Positions 29,868 to 39,453 of a DNA stretch of 64,000 nucleotides are shown one piece after another (the first letter of the stretch is position 1; the number at the start of each line of letters is the position of its first letter). Location: contig DAHWUP010000001.1 in the NCBI GenBank assembly GCA_027334565.1, positions 158,726-222,725 of the forward strand, read 5' to 3'. Origin of the DNA: Candidatus Levyibacteriota bacterium (GTDB lineage: Bacteria > Patescibacteriota > Microgenomatia > Levybacterales > UBA12049). The translations under genes and the position numbers were made by a program. The notes beneath the pieces were generated by a model. The model had not been told where the DNA came from. It ran no database searches and saw only the letters and a list, made by a program, of their open reading frames with translations.

Positions 29868-30176
29868 TTACATCTTGATTTCGACGTTAACTCCCGCGGG
29901 GAGTTCAAGGTGGGTTAAGGAATCGATGGTTTTTTCCGTCGGGGAGACGATATCGATCAATCGTTTATGGATTTTTATCTGGAAATGATCCCTGGCATTT
30001 TTATCGATGAACGTGGATTTATTTACCGCATATACGCTGCGCTTTGAAGGAAGAGGTATCGGCCCGACCACTTTGGCACCGGTTCGAATTGCCGTATCAA
30101 GAATTTGTTGACACGTTGAGTCGATCACTCTAGCATCGTAACTTTTTAATTTTACTCTGATTCTTCCTTTTGGCAT
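29868..30176 (-). CDS. rpsJ: 30S ribosomal protein S10
   Basis: RIRVKLKSYD, GPIPLP, HKRLIDI. Confidence 0.98.
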   Translation of the reverse strand: MPKGRIRVKLKSYDARVIDSTCQQILDTAIRTGAKVVGPIPLPSKRSVYAVNKSTFIDKNARDHFQIKIHKRLIDIVSPTEKTIDSLTHLELPAGVNVEIKM

Positions 30177-30231
30177 ATGCAATAAATATTAAAGAGCTAA
30201 TGAACATCTTTGGGCAGAAGATAATGAAGAA

Positions 30232-31413
30232 TTAGGCGATTATTTTGTTGATTACGCCTGCTCCGACCGTTTTTCCGCCCTCTCTCACCGCAAATCTAAG
30301 TCCTTCTTCCAAGGCAACGGGCGTGATAAGTTTGACGGTCATCTTAGTGTTATCTCCGGGCATTACCATCTCGACGCCCTGAGGCAAGGTGGATTCACCA
30401 GTAACATCGGTCGTACCGATAAAGAATTGCGGTCTGTATCCCGAGAAGAAAGGTGTGTGCCTACCCCCCTCCTCTTTGGTCAGAATATAAATTTCCGCCT
30501 CAAATTCTTTGTGTGGTGTGATTGAGCCCGGTTTTGCAATGACTTGACCTCTTTCCACATCGGTCTTCTCAACACCCCTAAGTAAGATTCCTACATTGTC
30601 GCCGGCCTGACCTTCTTCAAGGCTCTTTCTGAACATTTCTACGCCGGTAACCACCGACTGTTTGGTCGGTTTGATCCCGACAATTTCGACCGGGTCGTTA
30701 ACCTTGATTTTTCCTCTTGAAATTCTTCCCGTTACGACCGTCCCACGTCCTTTGATCGAAAAAACATCCTCGATCGGCATCAAGAAAGGTTTATCCAGGT
30801 CCCTGACCGGGGTCGGAATATAGGAATCGACCGCGTCCATCAGAGCTTCAATTTGTTTCTCGGCTTCAGGGTCGCCTTCCAGAGCCTTAAGAGCAGAACC
30901 CCTGATGATCGGCACTTCGTTTCCGGGATACTGATATTTTGTAAGAAGTTCTCTTACTTCCATTTCAACCAGGTCCAAAAGCTCCGGATCGGAAACCATA
31001 TCGCATTTGTTAAGGAAAACTACAATTGATGGTACCTGAACTTGGTGGGCAAGGAGTATGTGTTCTCTGGTTTGGGGCATGGGGCCGTCGGGAGCTGAAA
31101 CTACGAGGATAGCGCCGTCCATCTGGGCGGCTCCCGTAATCATGTTCTTAATGTAATCCGCATGGCCCGGTGCATCGATATGAGCATAATGTCTTTTGGC
31201 GGTTTCGTATTCGATGTGGGAAATATTAATAGTAACGCCCCTTGCTTTTTCTTCGGGGGCGTTATCGATGTCCTCGTATTTTTTGGCTTGTGCCATTCCC
31301 TTCTTGGCCAAAACGGTAGCAATAGCCGCCGTTAACGTGGTTTTACCATGGTCTACATGACCGATGGTACCGATATTTACATGTGGTTTATTTCGTACGT
31401 ATTTGTCTGCCAT
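30232..31413 (-). CDS. tuf: Elongation factor Tu
   Basis: [21 protein letters not shown]. Confidence 0.99.
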   Translation of the reverse strand: MADKYVRNKPHVNIGTIGHVDHGKTTLTAAIATVLAKKGMAQAKKYEDIDNAPEEKARGVTINISHIEYETAKRHYAHIDAPGHADYIKNMITGAAQMDGAILVVSAPDGPMPQTREHILLAHQVQVPSIVVFLNKCDMVSDPELLDLVEMEVRELLTKYQYPGNEVPIIRGSALKALEGDPEAEKQIEALMDAVDSYIPTPVRDLDKPFLMPIEDVFSIKGRGTVVTGRISRGKIKVNDPVEIVGIKPTKQSVVTGVEMFRKSLEEGQAGDNVGILLRGVEKTDVERGQVIAKPGSITPHKEFEAEIYILTKEEGGRHTPFFSGYRPQFFIGTTDVTGESTLPQGVEMVMPGDNTKMTVKLITPVALEEGLRFAVREGGKTVGAGVINKIIA

Positions 31414-31450
31414 GTTTTATCAAAAAAAATAACCCCTCAAGGTTGAATTT

Positions 31451-31479
31451 AATATACAATACTTTTTAAAAACCGTCAA
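31451..31479 (-). promoter_or_regulatory. tuf promoter
   Basis: TTGACG-17-TATATT. Confidence 0.7.
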
Positions 31480-31489
31480 GAGGTAAAAT

Positions 31490-31810
31490 TTACTTTTCCG
31501 ATTTTAATTTTTCTTTTTCTCTTAAAGAAAGGATATTTATAACTTCGGATACCAAATATGCTAAAAAGGCATACACTAAAAGCGCAAAAAGAGTGGATAA
31601 TTCCAGAACGAATCCACTCTTTAATACTTGATTCGGAAAAATTCCTACAAATGGTGCCAATACCGGTTGGGTTGTATCGTAAACCCAAGCCACGAACGGG
31701 GCTTGCGTGTTTGCGCCGAATAGCTTTAAAACTATCCTTAGTAATAGTAAAAATTCTACGACTGAAAATACTACATCCGCAAGAAATGTCAACGGAAGAA
31801 ATTTATTCAT
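31490..31810 (-). CDS. YggT family membrane protein
   Basis: LLLRIVLKLFGAN..PFVAWVY..TQPVLAPFVGIFP. Confidence 0.85.
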   Translation of the reverse strand: MNKFLPLTFLADVVFSVVEFLLLLRIVLKLFGANTQAPFVAWVYDTTQPVLAPFVGIFPNQVLKSGFVLELSTLFALLVYAFLAYLVSEVINILSLREKEKLKSEK

Positions 31811-31891
31811 GATAATTTGTGCGTTGTACATCTACAACGGTCATAAACCCGGAAGTGTTACATATTTCGGTAGTTCTTAAAGCGGATTTTG

Positions 31892-32422
31892 TTATTTGAG
31901 TTGAAGATAATCCGAAATTCCGACCTTGATTGTCTTAAAAGCCAGATCCATATTCAAAATCTCCGTGGGTGGAAAATATTGATACTCCGAAACATCGTCC
32001 GAAACTTTAATTTCTCCCCGAGTGATTTTTGCAAAGACCGCTACGCACAAAATCGGAAAATCAATGTGCTGATATTCATAAGAGTCCGTATATACTCCGA
32101 CCAACCTATTTATCATTATTTCGACTCCCAACTCTTCTTTTATCTCCCGTATGACCGAGTGCTCAAAATTTTCTCCACCGTTTAAAAATCCACCCGGCCA
32201 ATCCCATTTATTCTTTTGAGGATCAAATTTTCTTTTTACCAATAATATTTCGCCTTTATCGTTTTCAATAACTACGGCATTACAGGGAACCGCGTTTTGA
32301 TAAAATTTAAAACCGCATTTTTGACAAATTAAAAGATTATCGGTTCGTTTTTTTAAAACTCCCGCACATTTAGGGCAAAATTTATAAACAGCCGCAGGAC
32401 TCATGTTAGTATGGTTTTTCAT
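31892..32422 (-). CDS. NUDIX hydrolase with N-terminal zinc ribbon
   Basis: FCPKCA..CQKCG; PGGFLNGGE...REIKEELG. Confidence 0.9.
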   Translation of the reverse strand: MKNHTNMSPAAVYKFCPKCAGVLKKRTDNLLICQKCGFKFYQNAVPCNAVVIENDKGEILLVKRKFDPQKNKWDWPGGFLNGGENFEHSVIREIKEELGVEIMINRLVGVYTDSYEYQHIDFPILCVAVFAKITRGEIKVSDDVSEYQYFPPTEILNMDLAFKTIKVGISDYLQLK

Positions 32423-32621
32423 CGGAGGTTTTCATTCCGCTTTTTATCGCATACAACAATTCTTCATCCGTCATCGTCTGCTCTTCATCGCCATGCATTT
32501 GACTGTAATGCTGTTTGACAATATCTTCCAATTTATAATTCGCGTCCCAGCTGGCCTGCGAGTCGTCTTCGTATTCGTAAAGAACTTGTCCGCACTTCGG
32601 ACAGGCAAAAGAATAATACAA
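32406..32621 (-). CDS. Small putative C2H2 metal-binding protein
   Basis: CPKC...HYSQMH; TTG start with AAGGAGGTGA SD. Confidence 0.7.
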   Translation of the reverse strand: MYYSFACPKCGQVLYEYEDDSQASWDANYKLEDIVKQHYSQMHGDEEQTMTDEELLYAIKSGMKTSDEKPY

Positions 32622-32657
32622 TTTACCTCACCTCCTTAAAAACTATACATATATTGT

Positions 32658-33314
32658 TTAAGCGTTTCTTTTTTCTATCCCCGAAATCTCTTGGATAAAA
32701 AAATCCACTCCGTCGCTTCTAAGCACGACGAATCCCGTATTCGCAATCGCCCCGGAGCTTAACTCTCTGAACGTCCCGACGCCCAAATGCACCAAAAGCG
32801 CACGCATAACGAATCCGTGACTTACTACCAAAACCGTTTTGTTCGGATAGGCTATTGCGATTTCCCGAAGTGCCGTAATAAATCTCCCCAAGGCCTCCTC
32901 GGCACTTTCCATATCCGGAAAAAGTTTCCATTTCCAGATTTTTTCCACAGGCATATTTTCGGGGTAATTAAAAATATTACCGATATCCAATTCCTCCCTA
33001 AGCTCTTTCTCGGTTTTTCCACCCAAATTTCCTTTACGGCGTTCTTCCAGAGCTTCTTTGGCAACAACAGCCATTTTTCGCTCCTTGGCCAAAATTTCCG
33101 CGGTATGTTTTGCACGGTTCAAATGCGAAGCAAAAATAGCGTCAAAATTGATATGGTTGAATTTAGAAGCCAGCGACTCAGCTTGTTTACGTCCGGTATC
33201 GGTAAGGTCCGAACCGAGTTTTGTTCGTTGCACCTCATGGAGCCAATTACCGAAATTTATATTCCCCTCAGACTCTCCATGTCTAACCAGATAAATCGTG
33301 CAAAGTTTATCCAT
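32658..33314 (-). CDS. Histidine phosphatase family protein
   Basis: LVRHGES, RAKHTA, VVSHG, NTG. Confidence 0.92.
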   Translation of the reverse strand: MDKLCTIYLVRHGESEGNINFGNWLHEVQRTKLGSDLTDTGRKQAESLASKFNHINFDAIFASHLNRAKHTAEILAKERKMAVVAKEALEERRKGNLGGKTEKELREELDIGNIFNYPENMPVEKIWKWKLFPDMESAEEALGRFITALREIAIAYPNKTVLVVSHGFVMRALLVHLGVGTFRELSSGAIANTGFVVLRSDGVDFFIQEISGIEKRNA

Positions 33315-33368
33315 TTAAACCATTATAACATTTGACATTTAGACAATTATCCTATAATATTGTAACCC

Positions 33369-33854
33369 GTGAGAAATTACGAAACACAACCGTTATCGTC
33401 GGACGAAGAAGCTTCGGTTTTAGCCGATTTGAATCAGGAAATAGTGAACGCAAAACTTCGAACCGATTGGGATCTGGGAAGCGATTCGGGTTCTTTATAT
33501 TTTTCAAGAGACACGCTTATCTTAACGCCCTTTGAGTTATCCAAACTTTTTAAGCTTCCCGAAAGTTTTTTTGTTTTACCCGAAGAAGCAAAAATACCGA
33601 GTATAACGGAAAATCCTATGCTCAGAAACAGGTTTAAACAATTGGTCGGTATCATGTGTTTTCTACAAAGAGTGATTCCCGACGTTTTTAGCAGGGACGA
33701 CTTCTCAAGAACTCGTCAGGGGATCTTTGAACAGGAATCGCCTTTACAACTTCTAAGCACCAGAGAGCCGGTTCAAGCATACACGATAATTAAAGAGCCG
33801 GCAAAATTTTGGGGATTCAGGGATACACAAATTCCGCGAAGATCTGTTTTCTAG
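33369..33854 (+). CDS. Hypothetical protein
   Basis: 161-aa ORF; TTGACA-17-TAATAT promoter immediately upstream. Confidence 0.6.
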   Translation: MRNYETQPLSSDEEASVLADLNQEIVNAKLRTDWDLGSDSGSLYFSRDTLILTPFELSKLFKLPESFFVLPEEAKIPSITENPMLRNRFKQLVGIMCFLQRVIPDVFSRDDFSRTRQGIFEQESPLQLLSTREPVQAYTIIKEPAKFWGFRDTQIPRRSVF

Positions 33855-33916
33855 GTCTTGTGAACGTAGGCTTTTCCCCATTGACAAAAAAAATTTTCTG
33901 CCGGACAATGAATTAA

Positions 33917-34513
33917 ATGTCAAGTAAGGAGTGCTTCAAGCTCCAATATTGCCCCACTGAACCGGAAGAAGGCAGTTTTATCATCTCCGGTCATGATAAC
34001 CCCCGCTATGTAAACATTCCTGCGGAGCTGATTCACGCAACCGGTGAATTGGGTAACAAAAGAGCTAAATTTATCGAAGACAGAGTTGGGAAAATTCTAC
34101 TTCATCGGACAAATGTCGTTGCCGACGTGACCCGAAACGGTTTTAATAGCGAAGAGGACGGTTTGGGACACGATCTCACTCTGACATTACGCGATAACTG
34201 CCCCGTTAGAACCGTTCATGTACAAGTTAAAGCCAGTAGACGAGAGGTCGTGAACTATAAACGGTGGATAAAGAAAAAATATTTCCCGGATGCCGAAGAC
34301 AACATTGAAGACCTCATTAAGGGTTGGCTAACGGAAAACAATCTCATTTTAATCAATGGCATTGAAACCAAATCGGCGGATGAAATCCTGACCGACAGCT
34401 TCTATCCTCAATTGCAAAGGGTCTTCAACCGGGGTGATATACCAAGATCACCGGGCCAGTTAATTCTATTTAATGACATTCCGGAAGCTAAATTGCTTTC
34501 TCCCGCAGCTTAG
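33917..34513 (+). CDS. Putative PD-(D/E)XK (QxK) nuclease-like protein
   Basis: EDGLGHD...VHVQVKAS; TTGACA-17-GACAAT-7-ATG promoter. Confidence 0.65.
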   Translation: MSSKECFKLQYCPTEPEEGSFIISGHDNPRYVNIPAELIHATGELGNKRAKFIEDRVGKILLHRTNVVADVTRNGFNSEEDGLGHDLTLTLRDNCPVRTVHVQVKASRREVVNYKRWIKKKYFPDAEDNIEDLIKGWLTENNLILINGIETKSADEILTDSFYPQLQRVFNRGDIPRSPGQLILFNDIPEAKLLSPAA

Positions 34514-34943
34514 GCAAAAGTTGATTGATCCGATTTTTTATTTCTTCGAAAACTCCCTCGGTGAACTGTACTTTTTTAATTTCTTCCGATGAGGAATTAA
34601 AGGTGCTGTCTGTATCCTTAATATCCCATACTTCAAAATTCTCAGGTTTATATCCGAATTTTTCGGTGCAATAAGTATATACATCATTATCCATGAATAC
34701 GGTAAAATCCCCTTCTTCCAAAAGCGGCCTGGTGGTTTGGTCCCAAACCGGTTTTTCATACGGAATTAGGTGGTGATGTTGGATGATCCTTTGCGCATAC
34801 CAGCTCACCGGACCGCATTGATTCAACGAGGCTGCAACACCGCTTGATACCGCTTTGATGTTGGGGAGTTCTTTTGAGTTAAGATAAGCTTCCGCCAGAC
34901 GGCTCCTGAAGGTATTTCCCTTACAAATGAAGTGGATCGTCAT
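34488..34943 (-). CDS. Low-molecular-weight protein tyrosine phosphatase / ArsC-like protein
   Basis: FICKGNTFRSRLAEA, SSG, WDIKD. Confidence 0.88.
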   Translation of the reverse strand: MTIHFICKGNTFRSRLAEAYLNSKELPNIKAVSSGVAASLNQCGPVSWYAQRIIQHHHLIPYEKPVWDQTTRPLLEEGDFTVFMDNDVYTYCTEKFGYKPENFEVWDIKDTDSTFNSSSEEIKKVQFTEGVFEEIKNRINQLLPKLREKAI

Positions 34944-35342
34944 ATTTTAATTATGAATTAGTTTGAAAAAGTTTTCAACCAAAATTTTCATTCTTGAGTG
35001 ATCCTGATCAGTTCCGTTCTTAAAGATCCGGGCAAGATCCCTTCGACATATTCAGACTTCCCCGGCATCAAAGATTTTGTTTCGCTTGTAGTTGGCCATG
35101 GGGGCGCAAACCGGGATTGCCTTACCATAATAAGCGACGGGCCATTATCTCCCTGGAAAACGACATGCTTTGGGCTTGTTTTTGCGATACCGCTTGGAAT
35201 ACCGATCGGCATCGGACCCATATCGACCCGGGTCCATTGATTCAAATTTCTTAATACTTCAATTCTAACCGGCATAAGCATGGGGATTATACAACTTTTA
35301 TCATTACTTTTCCTTAGGGTACCGGCGGAAGCTTATCTTAAC
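34878..35342. repeat. Perfect 19-bp inverted repeat pair
   Basis: GTTAAGATAAGCTTCCGCC (34878-34896) and GGCGGAAGCTTATCTTAAC (35324-35342). Confidence 0.9.
34988..35281 (-). CDS. Hypothetical protein
   Basis: 97-aa ORF with TATAAT just upstream. Confidence 0.5.
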   Translation of the reverse strand: MLMPVRIEVLRNLNQWTRVDMGPMPIGIPSGIAKTSPKHVVFQGDNGPSLIMVRQSRFAPPWPTTSETKSLMPGKSEYVEGILPGSLRTELIRITQE

Positions 35343-35874
35343 GTAATTTTTCTATTTCTAAAAGTATTTCTTTAAGAATCGGAATATCCACCAACATGTC
35401 TGCCGACTGAAAGAATTCATCCAGCTTAATTCTTACTTTTTTCTCGTATTCCAACGCCTGCAAAGCTCGTTCAAGTTTATCGACCTGCTTTACAAACCTT
35501 GCTTCCTTGCTTTTATTTTCGGAATACTCTTTAAACAAAGAATCATACACTTTACCTCCGATCAAACCGGTGATCTCTTCGACAGCTTTCGATTCGTTAA
35601 GCAATTTCTCCTCATATCCGGGCAAATAACCCTTTGCGTCAAATTTGATCAAATCTCCGACCTTTGCTTCACCGATGTCGTGCACCAAGGCCATTTTTAC
35701 ACATTTATTTGCATCGATGCCCGCTTTTTCGGCCAGGACCAAACTCATGACGGCGACCCTAAAGGAATGGTCCGCAACGCTTTCCGGGTCCGGTATATGA
35801 TGTTTTATCCAACCGGTTCTTTTAATCGATTTTAATTTACCGACCTCCTCTAAAAATTGAATAATGCCCATCAC
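35338..35874 (-). CDS. HD-domain 5'-deoxynucleotidase-like protein (HDDC2/YfbR family)
   Basis: LKSIKRTGW, ESVADHSFR, LVHDIGE, DKLE. Confidence 0.9.
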   Translation of the reverse strand: MMGIIQFLEEVGKLKSIKRTGWIKHHIPDPESVADHSFRVAVMSLVLAEKAGIDANKCVKMALVHDIGEAKVGDLIKFDAKGYLPGYEEKLLNESKAVEEITGLIGGKVYDSLFKEYSENKSKEARFVKQVDKLERALQALEYEKKVRIKLDEFFQSADMLVDIPILKEILLEIEKLR

Positions 35875-35952
35875 CTTTTAATTATAGCAAACAAATAATG
35901 TCTTATATTCCATCTTGACAGAACTATCAACTTATTTATAAATTAATATTAG

Positions 35953-36420
35953 ATGACGATAGAGGCCTCCGCCTTTAGCCCTGCCCTATCCAGAGCACTC
36001 GGTTTACCGGACGGGTCGCTTGCTCCCCCTGACCTTACCTCGGATGAAAAAGGAAGTTATTCGGAAATCAAAGTTGCGACAGCTTTAATGGATCATCCGG
36101 AAATTTCTAGGGTGACCATGACCGAACATTATAGTCCCGACGACATGCGCGGCCGCGACATAATAATTTTATTTAAGGATGAACTCGAAAGAGATCCTGT
36201 TTTCATTCAGGTAAAATCAAGTCATAATGGAGCGGATATCTACAATAAAAAAACCAAAAAATGGCTTAAGAGACGCGGTTTGAATATGACGACCGAAGAA
36301 TGGATGGCAATGAATAGAATTATGCTTATCATCGGAAACGGAAATACCCCCGAAGAAATCAGGGAAAGTTTCGATGAACAGTTGCATGCGATTACGTCAT
36401 TAGGTAAAACCAAACATTAA
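35953..36420 (+). CDS. Putative PD-(D/E)XK (QxK) nuclease-like protein, paralog of 33917..34513
   Basis: DDMRGRD...VFIQVKSS; TTGACA promoter at 35915. Confidence 0.65.
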   Translation: MTIEASAFSPALSRALGLPDGSLAPPDLTSDEKGSYSEIKVATALMDHPEISRVTMTEHYSPDDMRGRDIIILFKDELERDPVFIQVKSSHNGADIYNKKTKKWLKRRGLNMTTEEWMAMNRIMLIIGNGNTPEEIRESFDEQLHAITSLGKTKH

Positions 36421-36458
36421 TCAGTCGCTACCGAAAAATTATGGTCCGGCCTTTTTGA

Positions 36459-37187
36459 TCAACTTGACCGCATTATTTTTTTTAATCTTGTCGATATTCG
36501 AACAAACTCGTCCGCCGAATCTTTTGGTTTCCAGCCGAACGGATTGGAAACATCATGCACTCTTCCCGGATTATCCGACACAGCATATATAACAGCAAAA
36601 TTTTCCGGAACTTTTTTTGCATTTAGTACCTTCTTTATTAAAGAAACGCAGTCGCCGTGCGATAACCAGGCTCCCCTTTCTTCCCTGGGACGATCATTAA
36701 GCGAAGGCGAAACGTTCCCGGGATTCACCCCGCCGAACCTGATCGCCACCACTTCCATATCGCTTTTGGCAAAATACCGCCCTAAATATTCCATAAAAAT
36801 CTTATCTGCGCCGTAAGGACTATCCGGAACGGGGGTATGGTCGGTCGAAAGAAACGGCTTTGTACCATAAAATGAATCCGCATGTATGGAGCTGGCAACG
36901 ATCGCTCTTTTTACTTTTGCTTCCCTCGCCGCTTTATATAAATTGACGGCCATTTGCGCGTTTTCGGGGTCGATATTTTCATTTTTTAGATTTTCGGTTT
37001 GGGAATTCCACGCAAGATGGATTACGGCAAAGTTATCCCTAAGCTTCGATATAAGTGTCTGATAATCAAGCACATCGATTCCGAGTTTTATATCGATCGG
37101 GGTAATTTCATAATCATCGTAAAGACCCTTTTTAAGGACTGTTCCGATCACTCCTTCCGAACCTGTAATGGCTATCTTTACCTTCAT
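36459..37187 (-). CDS. NAD-dependent epimerase/dehydratase (uronate dehydrogenase-like)
   Basis: ITGSEGVIG, VIHLA, ASSIHA, YGADK. Confidence 0.88.
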   Translation of the reverse strand: MKVKIAITGSEGVIGTVLKKGLYDDYEITPIDIKLGIDVLDYQTLISKLRDNFAVIHLAWNSQTENLKNENIDPENAQMAVNLYKAAREAKVKRAIVASSIHADSFYGTKPFLSTDHTPVPDSPYGADKIFMEYLGRYFAKSDMEVVAIRFGGVNPGNVSPSLNDRPREERGAWLSHGDCVSLIKKVLNAKKVPENFAVIYAVSDNPGRVHDVSNPFGWKPKDSADEFVRISTRLKKIMRSS

Positions 37188-37250
37188 TGCCAAAAATTAT
37201 AGCAGATTCCTTAAATGGAAGATTATAGAACACTCAAAAAATTTTTAAAC

Positions 37251-39350
37251 CTATTCAACTCTTCCGGTAAAAGTGGATTTTGCCAACATCTGTTGGACGA
37301 TACTTTGCGGAACTTCTTCGTAATGACTTGGTTCCATATAATATGACGCGCGTCCCTGAGACATCGAACGAATGGTGGTCGCATAGCCTGAGAGCTCAGC
37401 CAAGGGCACCATTGACAAAATTATGGTCGCCTTTCCCCGTTCTTCGGTCCCCATGATTTGAGCGCGTTTGGATGAAAGATCACCGATGATATCCCCCATA
37501 AATTCGCTCGGGGTGGTAACTTCAACCTTCATGATCGGTTCCAAAAGCTGTAGGTTTGCTTTTTTGCTCGCCGCCTGCAAGGCCTGTGACGCGGCGATTT
37601 TAAACGCAACGTCCGACGAATCAACTTCATGATAGGAACCGTCGTAAACGGTCACTTTCATATCGACCATAGGATACCCGAGGAGTATACCGTTTTCCAT
37701 TGTTTCCTTAACTCCCTTTTGAACCGAGATCACAAATTCGGCAGGAATTGCTCCTCCCTTGATAGCGTCGACGAATTCAAATCCTTCACCCCGCGGCTTT
37801 GGTTCAACTCTTAACCAACAATGACCGTACTGGCCGCGGCCTCCGGACTGGCGGATATATTTTCCTTCCCCCTCACCCATTACCTTAACGGTTTCTTTGT
37901 ATGCAACTTGCGGTGCGCCGACATTCGCCAAAACGCCGAATTCGCGTTTCATCCTGTCAACCATTACCTCAAGCTGTAGCTCTCCCATTCCCGAGATGAT
38001 GGTTTGATTGGTTTCGTGATTAACTTTGATGCTGAATGTAGGGTCTTCTTCGGAAAGACGTTTGAGCGCTAAGCCCAATTTTTCCTGATCGGCTTTGGTT
38101 TTAGGTTCGATCGCCAACGAAATGACCGGTTCCGGGAAAGAAATTTTTTCCAATATTATCGGCGCTTTTTCTTCGCATAGGGTATCTCCGGTTCCTGTAT
38201 CCTTAAGACCGACCAGCGCCACGATTTCACCCGCATAAGCTTCTTTTATCTCTTCCCTGTGGTTTGCATGCATCAATAAAATTCGGCCGACCCTTTCGGT
38301 TTGATTTTTGGTTGAATTGTAAATGTATGACCCCGCCAACACTTTTCCCGAATAGACCCGGTAGTAAGTTAGTTTACCGACGTGTGGATCTATTTGTATT
38401 TTGAAAGCCAATCCCGCAAACGGTTCGTCCGCCTCGGGTTTTCTAACCTCGGCCGCGCCTGTTTTAGGATTTTCTCCATGAACTTCACCAACGTCCAAAG
38501 GAGAAGGAAGATAGTCAACTACCGCATCCAATAAAGGTTGAACTCCTTTATTCCTTAGAGAGCTTCCGCAAAAAATCGGTACCAACTTATAAGCGATGAC
38601 CGCCTTTCTTAAGGCCGTTTTCAGCTCTTCGTCGCTGATGGTATCTCCGTTGAGATATTTCTCCGTCAACGTATCGTCGGTCTCGGCAATTTTTTCAACC
38701 AGTTTATGTCGATATTCCTCCGCCTGAGCTTTCATGTCCGCCGGAATTTCAACCACGTCGAATTTTGCACCCAGCTCATCGGAGCCCCAAACATAAGCCT
38801 TCATTTCCATCAACTGAACTATCCCTTTAAACGTACTTTCTGCTCCGATCGGAAGGGCCATGATCAAAGGATTTGCTCCAAGCCGGTCTTCGATGGTTTT
38901 AACCGTATGAAGGAAATCTGCGCCTAATTTATCCATCTTATTTACAAAACAAAGTCTTGGCACTTTATATTTATCGGCCTGTCGCCAGACGGTCTCCGAT
39001 TGCGACTGTACACCTTCTTCGGCGTCCAAAACAGTGATGCCGCCGTCCAAAACTCTTAAGGACCTTTCCACTTCTGCGGTAAAATCGACATGGCCCGGAG
39101 TATCGATGATGTTAATGCGGAAGCCTTTCCAGAACGCGGTGGTTGCGGCCGAAACAATCGTGATCCCTCTTTCTCTTTCCTGTTCCATCCAGTCCATCTG
39201 CGTATTTCCTTCATCGATATCGCCGATTTTATGGGTTTTTCCCGTATAAAAAAGTACCCGCTCGGTGGTGGTGGTTTTGCCCGCGTCGATATGGGCAATG
39301 ATGCCGATATTTCTTACCTTATCCAATGTTTTTAATCTATCCTCAGCCAT
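37251..39350 (-). CDS. fusA: Elongation factor G
   Basis: [32 protein letters not shown]. Confidence 0.99.
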   Translation of the reverse strand: MAEDRLKTLDKVRNIGIIAHIDAGKTTTTERVLFYTGKTHKIGDIDEGNTQMDWMEQERERGITIVSAATTAFWKGFRINIIDTPGHVDFTAEVERSLRVLDGGITVLDAEEGVQSQSETVWRQADKYKVPRLCFVNKMDKLGADFLHTVKTIEDRLGANPLIMALPIGAESTFKGIVQLMEMKAYVWGSDELGAKFDVVEIPADMKAQAEEYRHKLVEKIAETDDTLTEKYLNGDTISDEELKTALRKAVIAYKLVPIFCGSSLRNKGVQPLLDAVVDYLPSPLDVGEVHGENPKTGAAEVRKPEADEPFAGLAFKIQIDPHVGKLTYYRVYSGKVLAGSYIYNSTKNQTERVGRILLMHANHREEIKEAYAGEIVALVGLKDTGTGDTLCEEKAPIILEKISFPEPVISLAIEPKTKADQEKLGLALKRLSEEDPTFSIKVNHETNQTIISGMGELQLEVMVDRMKREFGVLANVGAPQVAYKETVKVMGEGEGKYIRQSGGRGQYGHCWLRVEPKPRGEGFEFVDAIKGGAIPAEFVISVQKGVKETMENGILLGYPMVDMKVTVYDGSYHEVDSSDVAFKIAASQALQAASKKANLQLLEPIMKVEVTTPSEFMGDIIGDLSSKRAQIMGTEERGKATIILSMVPLAELSGYATTIRSMSQGRASYYMEPSHYEEVPQSIVQQMLAKSTFTGRVE

Positions 39351-39390
39351 AAAAATCCCTCTTTAAAATTGTACAATATTTTTTGAAAAT

Positions 39391-39420
39391 TTAGAACCTG
39401 AAATGCGAAAAAGCTTTATT
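39391..39420 (-). pseudogene. Orphan synonymous duplicate of the rpsG 3' end (NKAFSHFRF*)
   Basis: AAT AAA GCT TTT TCG CAT TTC AGG TTC TAA versus the in-use AAT AAG GCA TTT AGT CAT TTT CGT TTT TAA. Confidence 0.92.
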
Positions 39421-39442
39421 GACCCTTCGACAAACTCAGGAC
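39421..39442 (-). repeat. REP-like palindromic unit GTCCTGAGTTTGTCGAAGGGTC
   Basis: Resembles from memory the dispersed CCTGAGCTTGTCGAAGG repeat family; CCT...AGG self-complementary. Confidence 0.6.
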
Positions 39443-39453
39443 TTCTTAAGGCA

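Noticed and set aside
31832-31895. attC-like TAAC...GTT segment after the NUDIX gene
   Set aside because: Weak pairing, not repeated at other gene boundaries, and no integrase
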